64,000 nucleotides of DNA from Oscillospiraceae bacterium (GTDB taxonomy: Bacteria > Bacillota > Clostridia > Oscillospirales > Oscillospiraceae): contig JAFUFT010000016.1 of NCBI GenBank assembly GCA_017469795.1, positions 16,555 through 80,554 of the forward strand. Direction: 5' to 3'. A program made the position numbers and the translations under genes. The notes under the pieces are model-generated. The model worked only from the letters and a program-made list of their open reading frames with translations, searched no databases and had not been told where the DNA came from. How positions within the stretch are numbered: position 1 is the first letter of the stretch; every line of letters starts with the position of its first letter. This document shows, one piece after another, positions 32,555-41,630 of the stretch.

Positions 32555-33961
32555 TCAGTCCTCCTTTTCCTCTCCCAGCAGGCTCCATGTGGTGTTGCCG
32601 GTGATGGTGACGTTCCGGAACGATCCGATCCATTCCGCCGGACCCTTCAGCCGCACCAGACGTCCTCCGTCGGTGCGGGCGGTGAGATACTCCCCGTCGG
32701 TCCCGTCCACCAGCACCCGGAAGGTCCGGCCAACATAGGCGTTGTGCTTCTCCTGGGAAATGCGGTTCTGGGCCTCCAGAAGCCGGTCGAACCACTTCTG
32801 CTTCTCCGCCCGGGAATAGGGGTCGGGCAGCTCCGCCGCCGGCGTCCCCTTCCGGGGGGAATAGATGAACGTGAAGAGCGCGTCGTAGCCCACCCGTTCC
32901 ACCAGCTTCAGAGTCTCTTCAAACTCCGCCTCCGTCTCCCCGGGGAAGCCGACGATCACATCGGAGGTCAGGACAATCTCCGGCATGACGGACCGGGCGT
33001 AGTCGATAAGGCTGAGGTATTTTTCCGCGGTATAGCCCCGATTCATGGCCTTCAGGACCCGGTCGCTTCCCGCCTGGAAGGGCAGATGGATGTGTTTTGC
33101 GATTTTGGGCGAGGACGCCATGGTGTCGAAGAGCTTTTTGGAGGCGTCCTTGGGGTGGCTGGTCATAAAGCGCAGCACAAAGTCCCCGGGGATCTCCGAG
33201 AGCATCTTCAGCAGATCGGCAAAGTCCACCTCCAGATGGAGATCCTTTCCATAGGAGTTGACGTTCTGTCCCAGGAGGGTGATGTCCTTGTAGCCGTCGG
33301 CCACCATCTGCTCCACTTCTCTTTTGATGTCCTCCGGCATGCGGCTCCGCTCCCTGCCCCGGACGTGGGGCACGATGCAGTAGGTGCAGAAGTTGTTGCA
33401 GCCGTACATGATGCTGACCCAGCCCTTCAGGTCCCCCAGCCGCTGCACCGGCAGTCCCTCCACGATGTTTCCGGTTTCCGGGGTCACATACTGCCGCTTT
33501 CCCTCCGTCAGGGCCCTGTACAGGATCTCCGGCAGCCGCCACTGGGCGTGAGAGGTAAAGACGCCGTCCACATGATGGTAGCTCTTCTTCAGCCGCTCCA
33601 CCACATGCCCCTCGCCCGCCATGCATCCGGTCAGGAAGATCTTCTGCCCCGGATGGCGGCGCTTGGTGTGGGTCAGGGCACCCACGTTGCCGAAGACCCG
33701 CTGCTCGGCGTGTTCCCGGACGGAGCAGGTGTTGATGATCACCACATCGGCGCCCTCGGCCTCCGTCTGCCGGGTATATCCCATCTCCCGGAGCATGCCC
33801 AGCATCCGTTCGCTGTCCGCCTCGTTCTGCTGGCAGCCGTAGGTGTCGATCCAGGCCGCAGGCGTCTGTCCCCGGTCCTGCCACCAGGCCCGGACCTTCT
33901 CCGCGTATTCCCGCTGGACCTCCAGCTGCTGCTGTGTGATGATCTCTGTATTCGCCGTCAT
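32555..33961 (-). CDS. miaB: tRNA-i6A37 methylthiotransferase (radical SAM)
   Basis: I trimmed the start to MTANTEI... at 33961, after GGAGG. The ORF has the motifs TYGCQQNEADSE and CNNFCTYCIVP and a C-terminal TRAM domain. Confidence 0.92.
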   Translation of the reverse strand: MTANTEIITQQQLEVQREYAEKVRAWWQDRGQTPAAWIDTYGCQQNEADSERMLGMLREMGYTRQTEAEGADVVIINTCSVREHAEQRVFGNVGALTHTKRRHPGQKIFLTGCMAGEGHVVERLKKSYHHVDGVFTSHAQWRLPEILYRALTEGKRQYVTPETGNIVEGLPVQRLGDLKGWVSIMYGCNNFCTYCIVPHVRGRERSRMPEDIKREVEQMVADGYKDITLLGQNVNSYGKDLHLEVDFADLLKMLSEIPGDFVLRFMTSHPKDASKKLFDTMASSPKIAKHIHLPFQAGSDRVLKAMNRGYTAEKYLSLIDYARSVMPEIVLTSDVIVGFPGETEAEFEETLKLVERVGYDALFTFIYSPRKGTPAAELPDPYSRAEKQKWFDRLLEAQNRISQEKHNAYVGRTFRVLVDGTDGEYLTARTDGGRLVRLKGPAEWIGSFRNVTITGNTTWSLLGEEKED

Positions 33962-34143
33962 AAAACGACCTCCGCCCAGTAGTCTTTTCGGGGTTCCGCC
34001 CGCAGGCATACTCCCGCATTATAGTAGGATATTTTATCATTTTTTCATTGAAAAAGCAAGCGCCGCGGTGCCTGTCACAGACGATCCGAGTTTGTCATAT
34101 TGCATAATTTCATCGACTGTGTATAATCGATTTTCATATAAAA

Positions 34144-34172
34144 TTGACAATTGCTTTCCCCTGTGATATGAT
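34144..34172 (+). promoter_or_regulatory. sigma-A type promoter for the alarmone synthetase gene
   Basis: TTGACA (34144-34149), a 17-nt spacer, then TATGAT (34167-34172). Confidence 0.5.
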
Positions 34173-34203
34173 ACCATCAGAATCCGTAATTGGAGGCGAT
34201 CCT

Positions 34204-34923
34204 ATGCCGGAAGAGAACAGGCAGTATCTGGTGCGTCTGGGCGGCATGTCCCGCATGGAGCAGGCCTTGATCACCCAGCTCTCCCAGGGGGAGCTGCAGG
34301 AATGGGTCCTGAAATACGCGGCGCTGTATCAGGAGATGATGGCCTATTACCGCTGCGCCATGATGGCGGTGGAAACGAAATTCAACGTCCTCAATGAGGA
34401 GCTGTCCCTGCGCTACGACCGAAACCCTATTGAGTCGGTCAAGACCCGCCTCAAGGCGCCGGAGAGCATCATCGACAAGATGACCCGCCGGGGATTCCCC
34501 CTGACGGTGGAGAGTATCGAAAAGAACATCCACGACATTGCAGGCGTCCGCGTGATCTGTGCCTTCCCCTCGGACATCTACAAACTGGCGGAGATGTTCC
34601 TACGGCAGGACGACATCCACCTGCTGGAGCGGAAGGACTACTTTGAGCATCCCAAGCCCAACGGCTACCGGAGCCTGCATCTGGTGGTGGAGACGCCGAT
34701 CTTCCTCCACGACTCCAAGCGGATGATGAAGGTGGAGGTCCAGTTCCGGACCATCTCCATGGACTGGTGGGCCAGTCTGGAGCACAAGATTCGGTATAAG
34801 AAGGATCTGGTGCTGTCAGAGGCCATCGATCAGGAACTGCTCAACTGCGCCGAGGTCAGCGCGGAGCTGGACCGGCGGATGGAACGGCTCCATCAGAGCG
34901 TTGCCAAACTCAATGACGGATGA
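34204..34923 (+). CDS. small alarmone synthetase (RelP/RelQ-type GTP pyrophosphokinase)
   Basis: The start is MPEENRQYL at 34204, after GGAGG. The RelA/SpoT synthetase core is present (DIAGVRVICAFPSDIY, PKPNGYRSLHLVV, VEVQFRTISMDWWASLEHK). There are no hydrolase or regulatory domains. Confidence 0.87.
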   Translation: MPEENRQYLVRLGGMSRMEQALITQLSQGELQEWVLKYAALYQEMMAYYRCAMMAVETKFNVLNEELSLRYDRNPIESVKTRLKAPESIIDKMTRRGFPLTVESIEKNIHDIAGVRVICAFPSDIYKLAEMFLRQDDIHLLERKDYFEHPKPNGYRSLHLVVETPIFLHDSKRMMKVEVQFRTISMDWWASLEHKIRYKKDLVLSEAIDQELLNCAEVSAELDRRMERLHQSVAKLNDG

Positions 34924-34953
34924 AAAGAGCGGGAGCATCGGCTCCCGCTCTTT
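34924..34953. terminator. bidirectional intrinsic terminator between convergent genes
   Basis: A perfect 13-bp stem AAAGAGCGGGAGC-atcg-GCTCCCGCTCTTT, with an A/T run on each side. Confidence 0.75.
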
Positions 34954-34956
34954 ACG

Positions 34957-35856
34957 TCATTCCTGCCCCGGCACCATAATGCGCACCGGCTTGTTGATGT
35001 TGATGATGTCGGCTTTGGTGGTCTCTCCGCCGTATTCCCCATCCAGCGTCCACGCCACCGGCTCGTCGAACTCCAGCGTCACAAAGGCGGACTGGAGAAT
35101 GTGGAAATACTCCGGCGAGAAGTCCCTCAGCAGCAGCGCCCCCATCAGATTGTTGAATCCCACCAGATCCTTGGGCGCACGGACCAGAACCAACTCGTTG
35201 CGTCCGTCGTCCATCTTCACGATGTCATCGTCCAGGGTCTTGAAGCCGCCCACGGAGGTGGCGTTAGTCACCATGCCAAGGATCACGTCGTCTTCGATCA
35301 CAGTATCCTCGGTTTTGACGGTCACATGGATCGGATGGATATCCCCCAGGGACCGGACTCCCTCCAGCAGATATGCCGCCCGGCCGAGAGCCTGCTTGCT
35401 GGCGTGGGGGGTGGCGTAGCTGACCTTGGTAAACGCGCCGAAGGCCGCCACATAGGTGAAATACTGGTCGTTGAAGCCGCCCATGTCCACCGGGAAGGGT
35501 ACGCCCTCAATGATGTTGGTGACCGCCTCGGGGATCGTCTTGGGGATGTGGAGGCTGGTGGCAAAATCGTTGACCGTGCCTGCCGGAATATATCCCAGAA
35601 CGGGCTTCGGTTTTTTGTTCAGGTGCATCATGCCGGTGACGGTCTCGTTGAGCGTGCCGTCGCCGCCGCAGGTGACAATCATGTCATAGTCCGCCCCCCT
35701 GTCCGCCAGCACCTCCGAGATATCCCGGGGCTTCTGGGTGGGATGACAGGTCACGTCATAGCCCGCCGTGGTAAACCGGGAGATCACATCCATCAGCGCA
35801 TGCTGCATTTCCTCCCGGCCGGCCGCCGGGTTCACAAACAGAAGCATCTTCTTCAT
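34957..35856 (-). CDS. dagK: diacylglycerol/lipid kinase (DagK/YegS family)
   Basis: I trimmed the start to MKKMLLFVNPAAG at 35856, after GGAGGG. The ORF has the motifs VTCGGDGTLNE and PAGTVNDFA. Confidence 0.85.
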   Translation of the reverse strand: MKKMLLFVNPAAGREEMQHALMDVISRFTTAGYDVTCHPTQKPRDISEVLADRGADYDMIVTCGGDGTLNETVTGMMHLNKKPKPVLGYIPAGTVNDFATSLHIPKTIPEAVTNIIEGVPFPVDMGGFNDQYFTYVAAFGAFTKVSYATPHASKQALGRAAYLLEGVRSLGDIHPIHVTVKTEDTVIEDDVILGMVTNATSVGGFKTLDDDIVKMDDGRNELVLVRAPKDLVGFNNLMGALLLRDFSPEYFHILQSAFVTLEFDEPVAWTLDGEYGGETTKADIININKPVRIMVPGQE

Positions 35857-35954
35857 GAGAATCCCTCCATTCACAGCCAACAGTGTATCACAGCTTCAGG
35901 GAAATTGCAAACGGGGAAACGGACGGCAGGGTATTCCTGCCGCCCGCGATTTTA

Positions 35955-36560
35955 TCACTGGATCTTCTCGAAGGCCTCCGGCCCGTGCTTGCACAGGGGA
36001 CAGACGAAATCCTCCGGCAGTTCCTCGCCTTCATAGATATAGCCGCAGATAGTGCAGCGCCAGCCCTTGGCTTCCGGCTTGGGCTCCGGCTTGGGCTTGA
36101 TGTTGGCCTGATAGTAGGCGTAGCTCACCGGAGCGGCGCCGGGCAGCACGTCCCCGTCCACCACATCCGCCAGGAACTGGGTGTGGGTGCCGAGGTCCAT
36201 GGAGGACACCACCTTGCAGCTGAGATAGCCGCAAGAGGCCCAGGTCAGGTAGGGAACGCCGTTGCAGTCCGTGCCCACACTGAGACCGGCAAACTTGTCC
36301 ACATCCCGGCTGGACTGGAACCCGAAGTGCTGGAACAGGCCGAAGGGGGCCTCCTCCGACAGAAGGCTGACGGCAAACACGCCGGACTCGGCGATGAGGT
36401 CGTGGGTGTTGTTGGCCTTATTGACGGTGATGGTGATGCGCAGGGGCTTGGATGTCACCTGCATGACGGTGTTGATGATGCAGCCGCCGGTCTTGTCCCC
36501 GCTTTTGGAGGAGAGCATAAACAGGCCGCAGGTCAGATTGTGCATAACTTTTGTGTTCAT
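35955..36560 (-). CDS. flavin reductase-like domain fused to C-terminal rubredoxin (high-molecular-weight rubredoxin type)
   Basis: The 201-aa ORF has an N-terminal FMN-binding split-barrel domain. A PKPEPKPE linker joins it to a rubredoxin domain (WRCTICGYIYEGEELPEDFVCPLCKHGPEAFE). Confidence 0.8.
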   Translation of the reverse strand: MNTKVMHNLTCGLFMLSSKSGDKTGGCIINTVMQVTSKPLRITITVNKANNTHDLIAESGVFAVSLLSEEAPFGLFQHFGFQSSRDVDKFAGLSVGTDCNGVPYLTWASCGYLSCKVVSSMDLGTHTQFLADVVDGDVLPGAAPVSYAYYQANIKPKPEPKPEAKGWRCTICGYIYEGEELPEDFVCPLCKHGPEAFEKIQ

Positions 36561-36625
36561 CGGAAGAGCTCCTTTCCCAGGTCGTTGCCCTGTAAGTATA
36601 TCATCTCAGAAAAACGGAAAATGTC

Positions 36626-36657
36626 AAGGGGAAAAGACCGCCCGGAGGCGGTCTTTT
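36626..36657 (-). terminator. intrinsic terminator after the secreted glycoside hydrolase gene
   Basis: AAAAGACCGCC-uccg-GGCGGUCUUUU (36632-36657), followed on the minus strand by a U-containing tract. Confidence 0.7.
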
Positions 36658-36662
36658 CTCAC

Positions 36663-39089
36663 TCAATAAACGGTCAGCCGGGCGGCGCCGGAGATCTCCT
36701 CTCCGTCAGGGAACGCGGCCACACATCTGTAATAGTATCCGCTGTGTCCCGCGCCGGCGGGGAAGGACAGCCGGGTGGTCAACGCGCTGGGGAAGGCGCC
36801 GGATAGGTCGCTCCAGACGATGCCGTCCGCGCTGTACTGCCATCGGCAGGCGTCGGGCGTTCCCCGGATCTTCACCGCGAACACGGCGGTGGCTCCGGCG
36901 GGGACGGCTGTGTCCTGCGGCTGCACTTCAAAGCGGGTCAGGGAGAGCGTCCCGCTCTCCGACAGGACCGAGGTGCCGTCGGCAAAGGTCACAAGGCACC
37001 TGTAATGGTTCCCGGCGCGGCCGCCCTCAGCGGGGAAGGTGTAGGCGTCCGTGGCTGCAGAAGGTTCCTTGCTGAGGTTGACGGCGTGCCACAGGGCTCC
37101 GTCCTCGCTGTACTGCCAGTGGTATCCCGTCGGACTTCCGCAGGCGGACACGCGCATGGTCACGTCCTCCCCCTCCGGAGCGGATACGTCCGCCGGGTCG
37201 TCCAGGATCCCGTTTACCGTCAGCTCCACCGGTTCAGAAAACTCCATTCCCGCCGGGAACGTCACCTGACACCGGTACAGGAGCCCGTCGTAATAGGTGT
37301 GCGCCGGGAAGGTAAAGCGCGGGGAGGAGGCGGTAGAATATCCGGAAACATCCGTCCAGCTCTCCCCGTCGTCTTCGCTGAACTGCCACCGGCAGTCCGT
37401 CCAGTCCCCCTGGAGCCCCAAGGAAAGGGTCACGGTGCTGTCCGCAGGGACGGCGGCGCCTTCCGGCTGGGCGGAGATGCCGCAGACAGTCAGTCCGGCC
37501 GGGTCGGAGATGGCCATGGCTCCATCGGTAAATACCACGACGCAGTGGTACCTCTGTCCGCTGTACCAGGTCTCCGCCGGGAAGGTCAGGGTGTCGGTCC
37601 TGGCCGAGGGGCACTCCTCCGGGTCCACATTGTGCCAGACGACGCCGTTGCTGCTATACTGCCACAGATAGCTCTCCACCGCGCCGAGGACCCGCACCTG
37701 GAAGGACGCCTCCTCTCCGGCGATCACCGTCAGATCCCGGGGCTGAAGGGTGAAGTTCTGGATCATGTAGACCTTGGACTCTCCGTTGCTGAAGGACACG
37801 CCGATATAGTGGGTGCCGGTGTCCACCGTCCCACCGGGCACCGTGAACGCGTAGGGATACTCGGAGACCGTTTCCATCTGCTGGCCGTCGATATACCAGA
37901 CGGCGGTCAGGTGCCGGTCCGAGCAGGTGTAGGCCGTCAGGGTCACATCCCCTGACCAGTCGCCGGTGAACTCCGACAGAGGGGTATAGTATCCGGCTCT
38001 GTCCCTGAGACTGTGGAGGAGGGTCCGGTTGGAGGCAACGCCGGAATCATAGGCGGCGGTCATCTCGGGATTGTTGAAGATATAGTAAAGAGGATTGGTA
38101 AATCCAAAGTTGGTGTCCGAATAGATGATGCATTTGATCTCCGGATAGACCATCGTCAGGTAGGCGTACGCCTTCTCCACGTTCTCCGAGGCGAACAGCG
38201 TCAGGTTTTCCCTGCCCCGATACCAGTAGGAGCCGCCCTCGGTGATTACGATGGGCTTGCCGTGGAGCCGGGACAGGTTCACCACCTGCTGCATATTGAG
38301 CACAGGATTTCCGTAAGCGGCCACCCCGTAGAAGGCGTCCCGCTCCGTGTCCCCATTTCCGGCGTATCGGTTATAGTACAGGGACGCGCCGATCCAGTCT
38401 ACCCACTCGTCTCCGGGGTAGAAGCTGTCCATATCCACCTGATAGCCGCTGGAATAGTTGGGGGAGTACACCATCGCCATATCCGGGCAGTATACCCGGG
38501 CAGTCTCCACCACGTACCGGAACGCCTGGATGAACAACCAAGGCTCCGGCATGTCGCCCCAGACGTTGACCTCCCCGGCGATGCGCAGCATCAGGGGACA
38601 GTCCATGGTGGAAAGATAGGCGAAGGTCTCCCGGAGCTGGGCGTCATAGACCCCCTGCAGGATCAGGCTGCAGTCGGCGGCCTCCTGCTCAAAGTTGAAG
38701 TTCAGAAGGAAGATCCGATCCCCGCCGTTGAGGGAGGAGAACATATAGCTGTACTCCTCCAAGGCGTGAACGTCGCCCAGGCTGTAATAATAGGCAAAGG
38801 CGGTCTCTCCGGTCATGGCCGCCCCGTTGGTCAGGCCGTAGGTGTCCGCCGAGAGCCAGTCGGGATTGGTGGTCCGGCCGTAATATACGCCGTTTTTCGG
38901 TTCGAACTTGGCGCCGTAATAGGGGTAGGAGGCCGGCGCGTCGGCGGTGACGGCATAGATCTCCGTATTGGCGGAGAAGTCCTTGGCGGCGGAATTATAG
39001 GTGGTGGTGGCGCTGCTGGCAAAGCCCACACCCGTCAGGGTCAGCAGGATGCCCAGAATCAAAATCGCCGATACGGTCCGCTTTCCCAT
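36663..39089 (-). CDS. secreted clan GH-A (GH26-like) glycoside hydrolase with four C-terminal Ig-like repeats
   Basis: The 808-aa ORF has a signal peptide (SAILILGILLTLTGVGFA). It has a TIM-barrel-like catalytic region (LRIAGEVNVWG, EWVDWIGASLYYN, KPIVITEGGSYW). Four repeats of about 90 aa share the W(Q)Y/F...TFPA...G..Y.C.V.F.DG...S....L(T)V pattern (nt 36666-37754). There is no LPXTG motif or other anchor. Confidence 0.75.
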   Translation of the reverse strand: MGKRTVSAILILGILLTLTGVGFASSATTTYNSAAKDFSANTEIYAVTADAPASYPYYGAKFEPKNGVYYGRTTNPDWLSADTYGLTNGAAMTGETAFAYYYSLGDVHALEEYSYMFSSLNGGDRIFLLNFNFEQEAADCSLILQGVYDAQLRETFAYLSTMDCPLMLRIAGEVNVWGDMPEPWLFIQAFRYVVETARVYCPDMAMVYSPNYSSGYQVDMDSFYPGDEWVDWIGASLYYNRYAGNGDTERDAFYGVAAYGNPVLNMQQVVNLSRLHGKPIVITEGGSYWYRGRENLTLFASENVEKAYAYLTMVYPEIKCIIYSDTNFGFTNPLYYIFNNPEMTAAYDSGVASNRTLLHSLRDRAGYYTPLSEFTGDWSGDVTLTAYTCSDRHLTAVWYIDGQQMETVSEYPYAFTVPGGTVDTGTHYIGVSFSNGESKVYMIQNFTLQPRDLTVIAGEEASFQVRVLGAVESYLWQYSSNGVVWHNVDPEECPSARTDTLTFPAETWYSGQRYHCVVVFTDGAMAISDPAGLTVCGISAQPEGAAVPADSTVTLSLGLQGDWTDCRWQFSEDDGESWTDVSGYSTASSPRFTFPAHTYYDGLLYRCQVTFPAGMEFSEPVELTVNGILDDPADVSAPEGEDVTMRVSACGSPTGYHWQYSEDGALWHAVNLSKEPSAATDAYTFPAEGGRAGNHYRCLVTFADGTSVLSESGTLSLTRFEVQPQDTAVPAGATAVFAVKIRGTPDACRWQYSADGIVWSDLSGAFPSALTTRLSFPAGAGHSGYYYRCVAAFPDGEEISGAARLTVY

Positions 39090-39171
39090 GGATCTCTCCC
39101 CCCCCTCGTTTCCGTGTTGTACAGGAACTAATTATATCGGAAAATGATGGAAATTGCAACGGGAGAATCGC

Positions 39172-39203
39172 AAAGAAAACCGCCCGCCGTTTCCGGCGGA
39201 CGG
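39172..39203 (-). terminator. intrinsic terminator after the oxidoreductase operon
   Basis: On the minus strand, CCGUCCGCCG-gaaa-CGGCGGGCGG (one G-U pair) is followed by UUUUCUUU. Confidence 0.75.
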
Positions 39204-39211
39204 ATCTCACA

Positions 39212-40141
39212 TTATCTGCATTTCTCCAGAAGCTGTTCCCATTTTTCGTCCACATACTGTTGGGCGCTCTCCAGCATCCACTCGTTGCCGGGCTTGAAGC
39301 AGTGCTTAAACCGGCCCTGGAGACGCATATAGTCTTCAATAGGCTTTTTCTTCTTCGGCTCGTAGGTCAGGTGCCACACGCCCTCCTCCACCTCGTACAT
39401 GGGCCAGAGGCAGGTGTCCACCGCCAGCTGGGTGATGGTGGGCAGCAGCGCCGTCTCGTACTGCCAGCCTCTGGGGCAGGGGGACAGCACGTTGAGGAAG
39501 CAGGGCCCGTGGGTATAGATGGCCTTCTTTGCCTTCTCGTGGAGGTCCCGGAAGTTGCCGATGAAGGTGGTCTGGGCGGCATAGGGGATGCCGTGGGCCA
39601 CCATGATGGCGGTCAGATCCTTCTTGTCCTGCTGTTTGCCCTGCTTCTCCCGGCCCACGGGGGCGGTGGTGGCATTGGCAAACCGGGGCGTGGAGGAGGA
39701 CCGCTGGATGCCGGTGTTCATATAGGCCTCGTTGTCGTAGCAGACATAGACCATGTCATGTCCCCGCTCCATGGCGCCGGACAGGGACTGGAAGCCGATA
39801 TCATAAGTGCCGCCGTCGCCGCCGAAGGTGATGAACTTGAAGTTGTCCTGCACCTTGCCCCGGCGCTTGAGCGCCTCGTAGCAGGCCTCCACGCCGGAAC
39901 AGGTGGCCGCGGCGTTCTCAAAGGCGGTGTGGACGTAGCTCTCGGTCCAGGAGGTATAGGGGTACATGAAGGTGGAGACCTCCAGGCAGCCGGTGGCGTT
40001 GGTGACAACCGCCTTGTCCTCCGGCTCCAGGGCCCGCATGACCGCCCGGCAGGTGATGCCCGCGCCGCATCCGGCGCACAGCCGGTGGCCGCCCACAAAG
40101 CGTTCAGGCTTTTCCAGTTCTTTTTTGAATTGATAGGCCAT
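39212..40141 (-). CDS. 2-oxoacid:ferredoxin oxidoreductase, beta (TPP-binding) subunit (POR/VOR family)
   Basis: The 309-aa ORF has the motifs CAGCGAGI, FGGDGGTYDIGFQSLSGA and YDNEAYMNTGIQ. Confidence 0.9.
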   Translation of the reverse strand: MAYQFKKELEKPERFVGGHRLCAGCGAGITCRAVMRALEPEDKAVVTNATGCLEVSTFMYPYTSWTESYVHTAFENAAATCSGVEACYEALKRRGKVQDNFKFITFGGDGGTYDIGFQSLSGAMERGHDMVYVCYDNEAYMNTGIQRSSSTPRFANATTAPVGREKQGKQQDKKDLTAIMVAHGIPYAAQTTFIGNFRDLHEKAKKAIYTHGPCFLNVLSPCPRGWQYETALLPTITQLAVDTCLWPMYEVEEGVWHLTYEPKKKKPIEDYMRLQGRFKHCFKPGNEWMLESAQQYVDEKWEQLLEKCR

Positions 40142-40143
40142 GA

Positions 40144-41331
40144 TTATACCTCCTCCCGGACGCCCATATGGGTGTAGACTTCGCCGACCTGGCCGGTTTG
40201 CGCGAGGTGATGGAGCCGGTCGTAAACGGCGGCGATGTCCTTGGTGGACACGTCCCGGCCGCCCAGGCCGTAGACGATATTGATGAGTTTTGGCCGGCTC
40301 TCCAGATCGTACAGGGCGCTGCGGGTCTCGGCAAACAGCGGACCGCCACAGGCGGAAAAGCCCTCGGACTTGTCCATGACCGCCACGGCTCTGCAGTGTT
40401 TGAGGGCCCGGGCCAGTTCCTCTCCGGGGAAGGGCCGGAACACCCGGACCTTGACAAGCCCGACTTTTCGGCCTTCGGCCCGGAGCATGTCCACCGTGGC
40501 CTTGGCGGTGCCGGCGGTGGAGCCGATGACCACAATGGCCTCCTCCGCATCTTCCATACGGTATTCCTCAAAGAAACCGTACTTCCGGCCGGTCAGCGCC
40601 TCAAAGCGCCGGGCCTGCTCCAGGATGGCGGCTTTGGCGTTCTTCATGGCCTCGGCCTCCTGCTTCTTGTGCTCCATATAATAATGTGTCACGTCGTAGG
40701 GACCCACCGCCAGAGGTTCCCGGCTGTTGAGCAGGTAGTGCTCCGGGTTGTACTCGCCCACGAAGCCCTTGACCTCTTCGTCCTCCAGCAGCTCGATGTT
40801 CTCCACCGCGTGGGATGTGATGAAGCCGTCCTGGCAGATCATCACCGGCAGACGCACCTCCGGCGTCTCGGCGATGGGGAATGCCTGAACGTAGTTGTCG
40901 TAGACCTCCTGATTGTTCTCGGCGTAGATCTGGATCCAGCCGGCATCCCGGGCGCCCATGGCGTCGGAGTGATCGTTGTTGATGTTGATGGGGCCGCTGA
41001 GGGCACGGGTGGACACCGCCAGAACAATGGGCAGGCGGCTGGAGGCCGCCACGTACAGAAGCTCGTACATCAGCGCAAGGCCAGCCGAGGAGGTGGCGCT
41101 GATGGCCCGTCCGCCGGCAGCCGCCGCGCCCATGCATACGCTCATGGAACTGTGCTCGGACTCCACCGTCACCAGTTCCGTGTGAACCAGGCCGTCGGCC
41201 ACATACTGGGCGAAATACTGGGGGATCTCTGTGGAGGGGGTGATGGGGAATGCACCCATCACGTCCGGGTCGATCTGGCGCATGGCCACAGCCACAGCCT
41301 CGTTGCCGGAGAGCCGGTCAAGATGTGCCAT
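40144..41331 (-). CDS. 2-oxoacid:ferredoxin oxidoreductase, alpha subunit
   Basis: I trimmed the start to MAHLDRLSGNEAVAVAM at 41331, after GGAAGGAGG. The ORF has the motifs GAFPITPSTEI and ESEHSSMS. Confidence 0.9.
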   Translation of the reverse strand: MAHLDRLSGNEAVAVAMRQIDPDVMGAFPITPSTEIPQYFAQYVADGLVHTELVTVESEHSSMSVCMGAAAAGGRAISATSSAGLALMYELLYVAASSRLPIVLAVSTRALSGPININNDHSDAMGARDAGWIQIYAENNQEVYDNYVQAFPIAETPEVRLPVMICQDGFITSHAVENIELLEDEEVKGFVGEYNPEHYLLNSREPLAVGPYDVTHYYMEHKKQEAEAMKNAKAAILEQARRFEALTGRKYGFFEEYRMEDAEEAIVVIGSTAGTAKATVDMLRAEGRKVGLVKVRVFRPFPGEELARALKHCRAVAVMDKSEGFSACGGPLFAETRSALYDLESRPKLINIVYGLGGRDVSTKDIAAVYDRLHHLAQTGQVGEVYTHMGVREEV

Positions 41332-41630
41332 TATTCCGCCTCCTTCCATACAATGGCGTCAAAGGGACATGCGGTGATGCAGATCCCGCAGCCCTTACAG
41401 TGCATCAGGTCGAATTCGCCCCGCTTGCCGTCCTTCACAGGGATGGCGCTGTCGGGACAGTAGGGCACGCACAGCAGACACTGCTTGCATTTATCCTCCA
41501 AGAACACCGGCGTCTGGGTCCGCCAGTCGCCGGTATTGAACAGCAAGGATGTGGCCGGTTCGTAGATCTCCCCGCCGGGGGTCAGATCCTGCCAGGGGGA
41601 ATTTTCGTGAATATCTTTTGCGCGTTTCAT
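41331..41630 (-). CDS. 2-oxoacid:ferredoxin oxidoreductase, delta subunit (2x[4Fe-4S] ferredoxin)
   Basis: The 99-aa ORF has two Cys clusters (CKQCLLCVPYCP and CKGCGICITACP). Its stop overlaps the alpha-subunit start (TAATG). Confidence 0.87.
   Translation of the reverse strand: MKRAKDIHENSPWQDLTPGGEIYEPATSLLFNTGDWRTQTPVFLEDKCKQCLLCVPYCPDSAIPVKDGKRGEFDLMHCKGCGICITACPFDAIVWKEAE

Noticed and set aside
32553-32795. N-terminal extensions of the longest-ORF calls. Examples are MutS to 32795, MutL to 28705, MiaB to 34009, YvcK to 17092, WhiA to 15995, IleS to 21751, YggS to 23895, PorC to 42472, Ung from 57607, the hydrolase to 59611 and the DUF1385 gene to 7769.
   Set aside because: The extensions overlap upstream genes or leaders and lack homology. 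Conserved N-termini with good SD sequences occur at the internal start codons I used.
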